Shown: positions 13,197 through 26,340, counted from the whole stretch's first letter. The stretch: DNA of 63,951 nucleotides, filler included, from Reclinomonas americana ATCC 50394 (GCA_048213135.1; 9 parts of 3 records of this genome joined end to end with filler, not necessarily neighbours in it); one strand, 5' to 3'. Notes: a model not told the origin generated them from the letters alone. Made by a program: numbers and translations.

Positions 13197-13580
13197 GCGC
13201 GCATCTTTGGCAATGGACCTCCCATTCGAGTCCCGCCAGTGCGGACGGGCGCCAAGGTGGCCGCGCGATCGCTGATTGGACCCAGCATTGTCGACTGGTG
13301 AGTGAGTGGAGAAGCAATGCCCCCGTTGCCAGCCTTCCTGCTCATTATCTGCGCACAGGTACCCCGAGGCACTGCCCGTGCTGCCGGGTCTGTACCAGAG
13401 TGCGCTGCAAGTGCGTGCCGCTGAGCGTCTCGATCGCCTGCGAAGACGGTTTGCTTGCTTTCCATGCGTGCGCGCACTGGTGTGTGACACTCTCTGACTC
13501 GCTGCTGCAGTGGAAAGGGCCCGCCAAAGAAGGGCGCCGGCAAGCGTGCGCAGAAGAACAAGGCCAAGGCCAAGAAATAG
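13197..13580 (+). CDS. MRPS33: Mitochondrial ribosomal protein mS33 (MRPS33/Rsm27 family); first exon probably lost in gap
   Basis: Three exons splice to ARIFGNGPPIRVPPVRTGAKVAARSLIGPSIVDWYPE...ERLDRLRRRGKGPPKKGAGKRAQKNKAKAKK*. RIFG, RTG.K, W/YYP and RGKGPPKKG.GKR are the family motifs. Confidence 0.85.
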
Positions 13581-13589
13581 ACTCTTTCC

Positions 13590-13815
13590 TCCAACGTCAC
13601 TCACGTGCGCTCTCTGCCTCGTTCTACAATGTAGTTTCTGCTGCGTAAGAGCCACCTGTCATGTCCAGGCCAAGATGCTTACTCTCTCCGACTTGTCACT
13701 CACGTGCGCTCCCTCGCTCTGCGACGTAGTTTCTGCTGCGCAAGGGTCACTTGACATCTCATTGCGATGTGTGCAGCCGAGGCCAGGAAGTGGACTCACT
13801 CTCCGACTTGTCACC
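13590..13815 (-). repeat. Inverted copies of the 11938-12165 repeat
   Basis: 13767-13797 is the exact reverse complement of 11938-11968 (31 nt); weaker similarity extends on both sides. Confidence 0.8.
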
Positions 13816-14764
13816 TCCTCCCTCTCTCCCTCTCTCTCNNNNNNNNNNNNNNNNNNNNNNNNNNNNNNNNNNNNNNNNNNNNNNNNNNNNNNNNNNNNNN
13901 NNNNNNNNNNNNNNNNNNNNNNNNNNNNNNNNNNNNNNNNNNNNNNNNNNNNNNNNNNNNNNNNNNNNNNNNNNNNNNNNNNNNNNNNNNNNNNNNNNNN
14001 NNNNNNNNNNNNNNNNNNNNNNNNNNNNNNNNNNNNNNNNNNNNNNNNNNNNNNNNNNNNNNNNNNNNNNNNNNNNNNNNNNNNNNNNNNNNNNNNNNNN
14101 NNNNNNNNNNNNNNNNNNNNNNNNNNNNNNNNNNNNNNNNNNNNNNNNNNNNNNNNNNNNNNNNNNNNNNNNNNNNNNNNNNNNNNNNNNNNNNNNNNNN
14201 NNNNNNNNNNNNNNNNNNNNNNNNNNNNNNNNNNNNNNNNNNNNNNNNNNNNNNNNNNNNNNNNNNNNNNNNNNNNNNNNNNNNNNNNNNNNNNNNNNNN
14301 NNNNNNNNNNNNNNNNNNNNNNNNNNNNNNNNNNNNNNNNNNNNNNNNNNNNNNNNNNNNNNNNNNNNNNNNNNNNNNNNNNNNNNNNNNNNNNNNNNNN
14401 NNNNNNNNNNNNNNNNNNNNNNNNNNNNNNNNNNNNNNNNNNNNNNNNNNNNNNNNNNNNNNNNNNNNNNNNNNNNNNNNNNNNNNNNNNNNNNNNNNNN
14501 NNNNNNNNNGTGCATGCGTGAGTGATTCACAAAGCACATTCGCATCTCTCTCACACTTCTCTCACACACACGCACACACACTCTCTCACACTCACACACA
14601 CTCTCTCAATCAGAGTGCCAACATGTCACACCAAACTCAACCCGCCCTCCCTCTCATCCACTCACACACACAAACACACACACGAACACACACACACACA
14701 CTCACCGACACTTCAGCGAGCGACCTGAAGAACGCCATCTGACTCACAGTCACAAACACAGAGA

Positions 14765-15155
14765 CGGACAGATGCACGACGCGAGCTGCACTGTTCAAAC
14801 GCAATCTGTCCGTGTCACAGATTTCTCTCGCGCAACAATCACAAGATCTATCATGCACACACAATACGATGATTGCCGCACTTGCTGCAGAGCACAAGAG
14901 AGTCAATCGCACGAAAAGTGAGCAGGGACAGATGCGTGGCGCGAGTGCGTCTGTCCATTATGATCTGTTCGTGTCACAGAGTTCTCTCGCGCAACAATCA
15001 CAAGATCTATCCTGCATGCACATACGATCATTGCCGCACTCGCTGCAGAGCACAAGAGAGTCATTCGCGCAGAAGGTGAGTAAGGACAGATACGCGGCGC
15101 GAGTGCGTCTGTCTACACGCAATCTGTCCCTTGGCCTCCCTTTGCAACAATCACA
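14765..15155. repeat. ~160-bp tandem repeat (about 2.5 copies) upstream of kinase
   Basis: GGACAGAT.C..G.CGCGAG...TCTCGCGCAACAATCACAAGATCTATC recurs near 14766, 14926 and 15084. Confidence 0.8.
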
Positions 15156-15364
15156 GTGAGCAAAGTGACTTCTCTCTTACGCATTCTCACACTTTGTCTT
15201 TCTCTGCGTTGCTCTCACTCTCTCTCACACACACACGCAGGGAGACCGAACGCTCTCTCCTCTCTCTCTCTCCCTCAGTCTCACTCTCTCTCTCACTCTC
15301 TTCTCTCTCTGTCTCTCACTCTTCTCTCTTTCTCTTCTGTTGTTGTTGTTATATATTTTTAGTT

Positions 15365-18144
15365 ATGGCAGCTGCGCCTTCGTTTCTCCCGGTGTCAGCG
15401 GGTGTTCCTGAGGAGATTTTCGAGATTTTGGAGGTGATTGGCGGAGGAGCGTATGGACGCGTGTACAAGGCGCGCGAGAGGGCCAAGACTGCGCGTGTGG
15501 TCGCGCTGAAGGTGTGTGTGTGTGAGGGAGAGAGAGGGAAGGGGGAAGGGGGAGAGGGAAGGGAGGGAAGAGATGATGAGAGAGACTTGTCTGTTCTCTT
15601 CTCTTCATTGTGTCTGTCTCTTGTCTCGTAGAGAGAGAGAGAGAGAGAGAGAGAAGAGAGAGGGAAGGGGGAGGAAGGGAGTGAGGGAAGAGAGATGAGA
15701 GATGAGAGAGACTTGTCTGTTTTCGTGGTGAGAGAGAGAAAGAGAGAGAACGAGAGAGAGNNNNNNNNNNNNNNNNNNNNNNNNNNNNNNNNNNNNNNNN
15801 NNNNNNNNNNNNNNNNNNNNNNNNNNNNNNNNNNNNNNNNNNNNNNNNNNNNNNNNNNNNNNNNNNNNNNNNNNNNNNNNNNNNNNNNNNNNNNNNNNNN
15901 NNNNNNNNNNNNNNNNNNNNNNNNNNNNNNNNNNNNNNNNNNNNNNNNNNNNNNNNNNNNNNNNNNNNNNNNNNNNNNNNNNNNNNNNNNNNNNNNNNNN
16001 NNNNNNNNNNNNNNNNNNNNNNNNNNNNNNNNNNNNNNNNNNNNNNNNNNNNNNNNNNNNNNNNNNNNNNNNNNNNNNNNNNNNNNNNNNNNNNNNNNNN
16101 NNNNNNNNNNNNNNNNNNNNNNNNNNNNNNNNNNNNNNNNNNNNNNNNNNNNNNNNNNNNNNNNNNNNNNNNNNNNNNNNNNNNNNNNNNNNNNNNNNNN
16201 NNNNNNNNNNNNNNNNNNNNNNNNNNNNNNNNNNNNNNNNNNNNNNNNNNNNNNNNNNNNNNNNNNNNNNNNNNNNNNNNNNNNNNNNNNNNNNNNNNNN
16301 NNNNNNNNNNNNNNNNNNNNNNNNNNNNNNNNNNNNNNNNNNNNNNNNNNNNNNNNNNNNNNNNNNNNNNNNNNNNNNNNNNNNNNNNNNNNNNNNNNNN
16401 NNNNNNNNNNNNNNNNNNNNNNNNNNNNNNNNNNNNNNNNNNNNNNNNNNNNNNNNNNNNNNNNNNNNNNNNNNNNNNNNNNNNNNNNAGGAGGAGAAAG
16501 AGACCGCTCGTCTCTTTTCCTCCCTCTCTTCTCTGTGTCTGTCTCTTGTTTGGTTTGAGAGAGAGAGAGAGATGAGAGATGAGATAGACACTTGTCTGTT
16601 CTCTTCTCTTCACTGCGTCTGTCTCTTGAAAGGTTGAGAGAGAGAGAGAGAGAGAGGGAGGGAGTGAGGTAACAGATGAGAGATGACACTTGTCTGTTCT
16701 CTTCTCTTGCTGTGTCTGTTCTTGAAAGGTTGAGAGAGAGAGGGAGGGGGGGGAAGAGATGACACTTGTCTGTCTTCTCTTCTCTGTCTCTGCCTCCTAT
16801 TTGGTTTGAGAGACACTTGTCATTTCCTCCCTCTCTGTCTCTGCATCCTGTTTGGTTTGAGAGAGAGAGAGAGGAGAAACGAGAGGAGATGAGAGAGGAG
16901 ATGAGGGATGAGATGAGGGATGAGAGATGATACTGGAGTGAGAGAGACCACTCGTCACTTGTTTGTTCTCTTGTCCTCTCTGTCTCTTGTTTGGATTGAG
17001 AGACAGAGAGAGACTGCTCGTCACTTGTCTTTCCCCCCTCTTTTCTGATTTGTCTGTCTCTTGTTGGGTTTGAGAGGGCGAAGGAAAGAATCCACTCATC
17101 TGTTTCTCTTCCTCCGTTCTCTTCTCGTCTCTCTTCCCTTCCCTTTCGTCTCTCTATTCTCTTCTCTTTGCTGTGTCTGTCTCTTATCTCGGAGAGAGAG
17201 AGAAGCAAAGATAGACCACTCGTCGCTTGTCCTTTCCTCCCTCTCTTTGCCTGTCTCTTGTTTGGATCGTCACTTGCCTTTCCTCCCTCTCTTCTCTTTG
17301 TCTGTCTCTTGTTTGGTTCGAGAGAGAGGGCGAACTAAAGAATCCACTCATCTGTTTTTCCCTTCCCTCTCGCCTCTTGTTCTCTTCTATTCTCTTTGTC
17401 TCTTGTTTCGTTTGTCAGACAGAGACCGCTCGTCACTTGTCTATTCCTCTCTCTCTTCTCTGTGTCCTGTGAGTTCAGAGAGAGAAGCCACTCGTCTCTT
17501 CTTCTTCTCTTCTCTTTGTATGTCTCTTGTTTCGTCACTTGTCTCTCTTCTCCTCTCCTCTCTCTACTCTTCTCTCGCTTCCTCTTCCTCTCATCCCTCC
17601 CTCCTTCCCCCCTTCCCCCCTCCCACTCACCCACATCAAACCCCACAGGTTCTCCCCCTCGACCTCACTCCCGAAGGCATGGACGTTGCGTCCCGCTCCC
17701 CTTCCCCTCATATACCTCCTTCTCCCTCACCCCCCTTCACCCCACCAGGTCCTCCGCAAGGAAATCGAATTCATGAGAGCCTGCGACCACCCCAACATTG
17801 TGCGCTTCCTCGGCGCCTACCAAACCCCCGAGCGTCTGTGGATCGCCATGGAGTACCTGGGTGGCGGCTCGGTGGCGCACGTGTACGAGGCCATGGAGGC
17901 GCCGTTCCCCGAGGAGGTTATTGCGTACGTGGTGCGCGAGGTGCTGAAGGGGCTCGTGTACCTGCATTCGCGACGCATGATCCACCGCGACATCAAGGGC
18001 GGCAATCTGCTGCTGGGCACGCGCGGCGAGGTGAAGCTGGCGGATTTTGGCGTGTCGGCGCAAATGTTCAACTCGTACTCGAAGCGCAACACCATGATTG
18101 GGACGCCGTATTGGATGGCGCCGGAGGTGGTGGAGAGGGATAGA
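15365..18144 (+). CDS. STE20-family (GCK/MAP4K/MST-like) Ser/Thr kinase, subdomains I-VIII
   Basis: Exons 15365-15511, 17649-17684, 17749-18144. Motifs IGGGAYGRVYK, VALK, HPNIV, IHRDIKGGNLL, DFG and the STE20 signature GTPYWMAPE. Later kinase exons are missing, probably in the 18738-18837 gap. Confidence 0.93.
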
Positions 18145-18837
18145 GTTGCGTGGGGAGGGGGAAAGGGGAGAGGGAAAGGGGGAAGGATGAAAGGGAGGAC
18201 AGTAGGAGAAGGGAGGGGAGAGGCGAGAATTGAGGAATTGAGCGAGGAAGCGAGTGGAGTGTCCGTTGTGTCCAGCAGTGTCAAGTTGCACCGATTGCTG
18301 GAGAAACAGGAGATAGATAAACACCGCGACAGACAGGCAGACAGACGGACATACAGAGAGAGGGAGACCGTTACTGAGAGACATTGGGCACGAGGGGTCG
18401 GTGTTTGTGTGTGGAAGGGCCTTCTTCCACAATGGAGAAGTGGAGTATGACATTTGGAAGTGCTTCTTCTACTCCTTCACTTGGAGCAAAGCATCCTGCT
18501 GCAAGAAGAGAGTGTTGACCCTCAGCGAGATGCTGTGTTCAAGATATTTTGGCGGAGAGACAGAAAGACATCTGAGGCACTGATGAAATGATACAAGCTG
18601 ACGGCAAGACACAAAGAGAAGTGCTGATAGTGGGAACAACAGACTTCACGCCTTGTCTCGTCAGCGCATCCTCCACCATTTCTTTCGCGACCTGCGTTCT
18701 CGTCTCACTCTCCCCCCTCCCTCTCCCTCTCCCTCTCNNNNNNNNNNNNNNNNNNNNNNNNNNNNNNNNNNNNNNNNNNNNTTAATTAATTAANNNNNNN
18801 NNNNNNNNNNNNNNNNNNNNNNNNNNNNNNNNNNNNN

Positions 18838-18907
<70 letters not shown>

Positions 18908-18908
18908 G

Positions 18909-18966
<58 letters not shown>

Positions 18967-19340
18967 TTGAGAAGAGCTGGGGGTTGACAGCCCCCCCACG
19001 CATAACGGTGTGATGAGCACTCACGACGTCCTTCTTCGGGCTTCAGCCAGGCACGCGAGCAGCACTTGCACAGATAGCGAGTCACCATGTGGCAAGTGTC
19101 TGCGAGCACAGATGAGTTCTGCAGTGCACTCACAAGCAGGTATGCACATGCTCACTCTTCCGAAGAGTGAACTGGCCAGGCACGCGAGCAGCACTTGCAC
19201 TGATAGCGAGTCACCCCAGTTGCTTAGAGTGTCTGTGAGTACGGATGAGTTCTGCAATACACCCACATGCGCTGATGCGCCAACTGTAATGCTCACGTCT
19301 CTGCAACATACTTTGCCCTTTCCCTTCAACGCATTCGCAG

Positions 19341-19869
19341 GCCGTGGCCTCCCCCGCCCCCTCTCAATCACAATGGGACTACCCACACGTCGTCGCCGGC
19401 GACGAGGGCGGTGTGCGATTGGCATTGAACCCAGCCTACGCGTTTCGTACCAAATCCCTTTCCCTCTCACCCCACCCTCCCCCTCATCCCTCTCCTTTTC
19501 AGAAACGAAACCATTCGCTCACCCAGCGCCCCCTGCTCCCCACGCCAAGCCGCCGAAATCGACGACCTGCTCACCCGTGTGGGTGAACTCGGCCGCATGC
19601 CCCTGCTTGACATTCGCGAACTGCCCGCCGCTGTGCTCGCCAGACCACACGTGCCAGTGAAACTCGGTGCCGACATGGCCAGCTGCGTACGCCGGGCGGC
19701 CGCTGCCGCCGCACCGGGACGTGACGGCGGCAACTTTCTGCTCAGCAACACGTGCCGTCTGTTGAGCACCACGGAGAACGAGGTGGCCGGCTCGGTGGAG
19801 GAGCAGCACAAGATGGCAGAGTTGAGGAGGAAGCTCACGGTGGTGTTGAAGACGGTGTGTGATGCATGA
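19341..19869 (+). CDS. Two terminal exons, probably the C-terminal tail of the STE20 kinase
   Basis: 19341-19441 plus 19503-19869 splice in frame to ...EIDDLLTRVGELGRMPLLDIRELPAAVL...EEQHKMAELRRKLTVVLKTVCDA*. Same strand, directly after the gap. Confidence 0.55.
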
Positions 19870-20432
19870 AAAACAACGCAAGCGCTCGAAGGGTGTTGAT
19901 GTGTCACGGCAAGGACCATCTCCGCAACGGGGAGAAGGAGAAGGGGAGAAGGAAAGGAGGAAGAGGAAAGGAGAAGGAAAAGGGAAAGCAGGGAAACAAC
20001 GCAGAGACGAGAACGCAGACCAACGAGATTTCCTTTCCTCTCTTCCTTCTCCCTTTCTTCTTCTCCTTTCCCCTTCCCTCCTCCCTTTTCCTTCTTTCTT
20101 TCCTTCTGCCTTTTCATTTCCTCTTTCTCGTTCTCCTTTCCCCTTCCCCTGTTCATCCTCCCCTTCTCCTTCTCCCCTTTCTTTCTCCCACTTCACCAGC
20201 AGCACAGAGAAACAGTCGTCGACGTCGCCAGATGCTTGAAAATGTGGCGTACAGGACGTGAGGAGGTCAAGGATTGCCAAGTATGTGAGTATGTGGCATT
20301 CACGACGCGAGTTCTGCAAAGGGACATGAGTAGAAGGCCCACTTGGGCACTTCGTGCTCGACACATTGGACGACTTTGTGTCCCCTGGTCCTCTTGATTC
20401 TTTTCCTGTCGGTTTTTCTCTCAGTGAGCAGA

Positions 20433-23400
20433 ATGTCAGGCACCACTTGCCGCCACTGTGGTGCCTCCGAGGTGGACCTCAACGAGGCTGGCGAAACTGT
20501 GTGCACACAATGTGGAGAAGTTCAGTCTCTCTCTCAATCTCACTCTTTCTCTTGGTCTCTCTTGTCTCTTTTCACTCATTGTGCATGTGCGTTGTGTAGG
20601 TGTTGTCCACACTGCACTTGGTGCACGATTTGACTGCTCCAAAGGGATCTTTTGTGGGCAATGCACCAAGGTCGAGTGTGAATTCGATGATTGATTCCTC
20701 TGTCTCTCTCCCTACTCTCTGTCTCTTCTCTCTGCCTCTCTCAGTCTCCCCTCTTACTCACCCCTCTCAAGCTCATCTCTCAGTCTCCCCTCTCTCAGTC
20801 TCCCCCTCTCAGTCTTCCCCTCTCTGTCTCTCTCCTCAATCTCTCCTCTCAGTCTCTCTTCTCAGTCTCTCCTCTCAGTCTCTCCTCTCAGTCTCTCCCT
20901 CTGTCTCCCTCACTCAGTCTCCCCCTTCTCACTCTCCCCCTTCTTACTCTCCCCCTTCTTACTCTCCCACTTCTTACTCTCCTCTCAAGCTCATCTCTCA
21001 GTCTCCCCTCTCAGTCTTCCCCCTCTCCGTCTTCCCCCTCTCAGTCTTCCCCCTCTCCGTCTCCTCTCTCACTCTCCCCTCTCAGTCTCTCCTCTCTGTC
21101 TCCTCTCAGTCTTCCCCCTCTCAGTCTTCCCCCTCTCAGTCTCCCTCCTCTCTCAGTCTCCCCCACTCGTCTCTCCCCTCTCACTCTCCCCTCTCACTCT
21201 CCCCTCTCACTCTCCTCTCTCCTCTCTCAGTCTCCTCTCTCAGTCTCCCCCTTCTCAGTCTCCCCCCTCTCAGCTATTCCTTTATAATCTCCTCTCTTCA
21301 TTGTCTCCCTCTCTCACTTCTCACTCTCTCTCTCCCACCGACAGTCAAAACAAAGCCCAAAAGTACGCCCGTCGCGCGGCCATGGAGAGCATTGGCGACG
21401 TCTGCAATCGCCTGCATGCCGAGGCATCGCGCGCCGAAGTCCAGTTCATGGTGTACCACTGTGTAGGTTTGTTTCGCTCATCTTCCTCTCCCCATTTCCC
21501 CTCCACCCACAACTCCTCCCCCTGCCAGACAAATGCTGGACCCGCCGTCGCACCGTGCAAGTCTGCGCCCTCGCCTGCATCTACATTCTCCGACGTGGCT
21601 CGGAAGAACCGCTGACCATTAGCGAATGCGCACGGGCGTTGGACGTGGAGATTCCGGTGCTGGCCGACGCCGTGCGCCAGGTGTGTGGCAAGCTGAAGCG
21701 TCAACTGCCCGACGTCAACCTGGCCGGCCACGTGTCGCGCATGGCCAGTCGCCTCGGCCGTGTGGTCGAGTCGGCGGCCAAGCTGACGGCGGTGATCAAA
21801 ATGGCGCGCCAGGTGCTGCGAGTGGCCATGGATCGCGGCTTGGATTCCGGTCGCCATCCGCTCACTGTGGCGTCGGCGTCGCTGGCCTTTGCCGTGCACG
21901 TGACGGGTGCGGTGCCGGGGGTGCAGACGCAGACGCAGGTGTGCAAGACTGTGTCGGAGCTGGTGGGCCGCGGCTACAGTCAAATGTCCGAGCGGGTGAC
22001 GGAGCTGAAGGAGGCGGTGGTGAGGAAAGGGGAGAAAAGGGGAAAGGGGACAAGGGGGGGAGGTGATCAAGAGGATCTGTGATTCACTGTCTTGTTTCTG
22101 TGGTGGCCGAATGGAGGTTGACACCGGATACCATTTTGCCGATCTTTTCTCATTGTTCTCGTCCATTCCGCGACAGATTTGTCACGATCACGTGCTCTCC
22201 TTTGCTATAATGGGTGCATTCTTTGCTTTCTTTTGAGCTGTTTCTTTATCTGCAGTCTACGCGATCAAGTCGATCTACGACTGTGTCTCCTCTCCTTTTG
22301 TGTGTCAGACTTCTCATGCTCACCATTCCTGTGTGCCTTTCTGTTATAGAGCTTCCCTCCGTCGCTGGTCGATTCTTGTGTAAATTGTTCCATTGTCCCT
22401 TCATCTCGCTTGTAGACTCTAGTCGTCCTGTCTTGCCACATTTCTCTCGCTTTCTGCCGTCCAGTACCTTGATTCCATCCATGTGTTCTTTTCGTCGCAC
22501 TCTCCCCTGTCCTCCAGCTCTTCCCTCGTTTACCAATCACCACACTGCATCTCATTATGCTCCATCCCTCTTTCCCTCTCGTGTGCCTCCATCAGTTTGC
22601 TATGTTCTTGTCCGTCATTCACTCTCTCTCTCTCTCTCTCTCTCCACCTCCTTGTCTGCTTCCTTCTCCTACTCCCTTCCCCTCCCTCTCCCTCATTCCC
22701 CTCCCTTCCCCCTCCCACAGGCCGCCGTCGGTCGCACCCTCCCCGTCTACAAAACCATCAGCGGCCGCGACATCCCCTCCACCGTCGGCTGCGAGCGCGT
22801 GCAGTTCATTCTGCGCCACTACGAGATGCTACAGCAACTCGCGCAGCGACAGGCGGAGCAGAAATCGAGAGAGGAACAAGTTACCTCCACGACGACTGTC
22901 GCCACCACCGCCGAAAGCACACCTGCTCCTGTTCCGCATCCTCCCCCACCTCCTCGCCGACTCCGACGGCGTCAGCGCGACCTGCTTCAGTCGTTGGATC
23001 AACCGAAGTACTTGCGCAAGGAGGAAGCTCGGCGTCGACGTCGAGCTGCACTGCTCGAGGAGGCGGAGCAAGTGCTGCGCAGAATATCCGCAGTCGGAGG
23101 TGACAATGGCGATCGCATTTTGCGCTTGGACAAGCACTTGCAGTCGTATGTGCGACTGCTGCTGTCCGGCGTTCCGCGGACGCTGATTTTGGATGGGTTC
23201 TCGGAGGAGGCGCTGTTGGCGCTCACGGACCCCGCCACGGCGCGGGAGGAGGACAAGAGCGAGGATTTGTCGAGCACGGTGTCTGCGGAAGAGATGCAGA
23301 GAATTCTGCTCGCCAAGCAAGTTGCGCGAATCTCTCTTTCTCTCTCTCATTGTCACTTTCCCTTCTCTCTGTTCCTCCCTTCTTTTCTCTCTTCTCCTCG

Positions 23401-25857
23401 TTTTTCCCCTTCCGTTTCTCACTTCTCCCTTCTGTCTTCATCTCGTCTTATTCTTTCCTCTCTTCATCTCCTCCATTATCCCCTTCGTCTCCCCTTCATC
23501 TCTCCCTTCATCTCTCCCGTCATCTTTCCCTTCTTCTCGCACCTCGTCTCTTCTTCACTCCTTTCTTCTTCATCGTTTCCATCATCTCTCCATTCATCTC
23601 CTCCTTCATCGTCCCCTTCTCCGTCCTGCTCCTTTCTCTTCTCGTTCCACTTCCTCCTGTTCCTTGTCCTCCCAGATCTTTTGCTATTCCGTGATCATCC
23701 CCTTCCCTCCTTGTTCTATTTCTCTGCTCCTTCCCATCTCTGTCCACTGTTTCCTCCCCTTTTCCGTCAACCCCCTTTCCCCCAGTTCTTTTCCGTCAAC
23801 CCCTTTCCTCGGTATTTCTTTGTCATCTTCCATCTTCTCTTTCGTTGTTTTCTCCCTTCTGCTCTCTCTCTCTCTCTCTCTCGTCCGTCCTACTACTTCC
23901 TTCCTTTCCTTACCTACCCTTTTCCCTTTACTTTAATTTTACCCGTTCCCCGTACTACTTCCTTCCTTCCTTACTTACTTCGTTTCCGTTTTCCTTACTA
24001 CTTCCCCCCGTTCCCCCGGTACCTACCTTCCCCTTCCCCGTTCCGTTCCCCTTCCCGTCGTTACCCTTTACCCCCGTCCCNNNNNNNNNNNNNNNNNNNN
24101 NNNNNNNNNNNNNNNNNNNNNNNNNNNNNNNNNNNNNNNNNNNNNNNNNNNNNNNNNNNNNNNNNNNNNNNNNNNNNNNNNNNNNNNNNNNNNNNNNNNN
24201 NNNNNNNNNNNNNNNNNNNNNNNNNNNNNNNNNNNNNNNNNNNNNNNNNNNNNNNNNNNNNNNNNNNNNNNNNNNNNNNNNNNNNNNNNNNNNNNNNNNN
24301 NNNNNNNNNNNNNNNNNNNNNNNNNNNNNNNNNNNNNNNNNNNNNNNNNNNNNNNNNNNNNNNNNNNNNNNNNNNNNNNNNNNNNNNNNNNNNNNNNNNN
24401 NNNNNNNNNNNNNNNNNNNNNNNNNNNNNNNNNNNNNNNNNNNNNNNNNNNNNNNNNNNNNNNNNNNNNNNNNNNNNNNNNNNNNNNNNNNNNNNNNNNN
24501 NNNNNNNNNNNNNNNNNNNNNNNNNNNNNNNNNNNNNNNNNNNNNNNNNNNNNNNNNNNNNNNNNNNNNNNNNNNNNNNNNNNNNNNNNNNNNNNNNNNN
24601 NNNNNNNNNNNNNNNNNNNNNNNNNNNNNNNNNNNNNNNNNNNNNNNNNNNNNNNNNNNNNNNNNNNNNNNNNNNNNNNNNNNNNNNNNNNNNNNNNNNN
24701 NNNNNNNNNNNNNNNNNNNNNNNNNNNNNNNNNNNNNNNNNNNNNNNNNNNNNNNNNNNNNNNNNNNNNNNNNNNNNNNNNNNNNNNNNNNNNNNNNNNN
24801 NNNNNNNNNNNNNNNNNNNNNNNNNNNNNNNNNNNNNNNNNNNNNNNNNNNNNNNNNNNNNNNNNNNNNNNNNNNNNTCTGCTCCTTCCCATCTCTGTCC
24901 ACTCGTTCCTCCCTTTCCGTCTAACCCCTTTCCCCCTACGTTCTTTTCCGTTCAACCCTTTCCTCGTATTTCTTTGTCATCTTCCTATCTTCTCTTTCGT
25001 TGTTTTCTCCCTTCTGCTCTCTCTCTCTCTCTCTCTCTCGCCTCATCTCTTCTTCACTCCTTTCATTTATCCCGTCATCTCTCTCTATCTGTTCCTTCAT
25101 CTCCCCCGTCGACTCTCCCTCGTCTCCCTGCTTACCTCCCGCTTTCCCTTTCTTTTCACTTTCTCCTCTCCTTCTCTTTCCCCCTCTCTTTCCTTATTCT
25201 CCGCTTCCCCTTCTCCCTCTTATCCCCTTTTCCTTCCCCCTTCTCCATCTGCAGCCCGCCGAGGAGGGCCAGGTTCTCGACCTGGCCAAACTGCGCGCCC
25301 TGGTGGTGCATCACGTGGAACTGGAGCGTGAGATGGAGGACGATGATGATGACGATTACGATGACGACGATGATGGAAGGGGCGAGGATGATGACGATCC
25401 ATTTGCAAGTGATGCCAGTGGAGACGAGCCTTCCGAGCCTGCCTTGACGGCAGCAGCTCCAACTGTGGTATCTGTAACTGCTACGACTGCTGCTGCTGCT
25501 CCATCGTCGGTCCCGCCCGTTCCGCATGTGCGTGAGCCGAAAAAGCGCCCACTCCCACTGTGGCGCAAGTTGCGTCTTCGTCCGCCTCGCAAGAGCGCAA
25601 AACGCACTGCTGGTGCCGTCGCATCCGAGCGCACGGTGCAAGGTGGTCGAGTTGGTGACACGACTGCTGTCGCATCAAAGGTCACGACAGGATTCGAGGA
25701 GGAGGATGACGACGACTATGCCGACGAGCAGGAGGAGGCCTTTGGGGAGGACGAGGATGAGGAGGAGGAGGGCGGTGACGTTGGATACGGTGCACCGTAT
25801 GACGGCGAGGGCGACTGGGGTGGTGCTGAAGATTACGGATTCGAGGAGTATGACTGA
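20433..25857 (+). CDS. TFIIB-related factor, BRF2-like (Pol III TFIIIB subunit)
   Basis: Exons 20433-20519, 20600-20670, 21345-~21466, 21529-22019, 22721-23320, 25255-25857. Zn ribbon CRHC-x14-CTQCG; two cyclin folds (ALACIYIL; SGRHPLTVASASL); acidic tail. A gap lies inside the last intron. Confidence 0.8.
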
Positions 25858-25974
25858 TAGGAGACATGCGTGCACCATCAAAACAAGGAGGCGACAAGCA
25901 CTGCAATTGACAGTGAGAAGGCTGAGCACGTGACTGTGCGTGACAAGTGGACACGCGTGACAGAAGAGTGGAGA

Positions 25975-26340
25975 CCGATGGTGCATGAGTCGCGACTCTT
26001 GTCTTTGGCTGTCAGAAGGGTGGAGAACAATTGGGCAATTGTCGCGGCTTGTGTCGCTGATGCATCAGTGAGTGAAGAACCACTCCTCTGCTTCTTTGCC
26101 TGACTGAACAGTGGAGAGCGATTGGGCATGAGTTGCGGCTTTGTGTCACTGAAGAACCCTAACAGAAGAGTGGTGAACGATTGTGCAAGAGTCGGGACTT
26201 TGTGTCGCGGACGCCACACTGAGTGAAGAGCCACTTCTCCTTGTCTTTGCCTTACAGAACAGTGGAGAACGATTGAGCATGAGTCGCGACATTGTGTCGC
26301 TGATTCGACACTGAGTGAAGAACCACTCCTCTTTGTGTTT
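25975..26340. repeat. Degenerate intergenic tandem repeat
   Basis: GCATGAGTCGCGAC / CAGTGGAGAACGATTG / GAGTGAAGAACCACTCCTCT motifs recur 3-4 times. Confidence 0.7.

Noticed and set aside
23719..25040. Near-identical ~160-bp blocks on either side of the 24081-24877 gap
   Set aside because: Probably an unmerged contig overlap or collapsed intronic repeat, so not interpretable.
22214..25447. Very long ORFs from the six-frame track (e.g. 1077 aa, 619 aa, 453 aa)
   Set aside because: They run through N-gaps and CT/GA microsatellites that lack stops. Only the embedded exons are coding.
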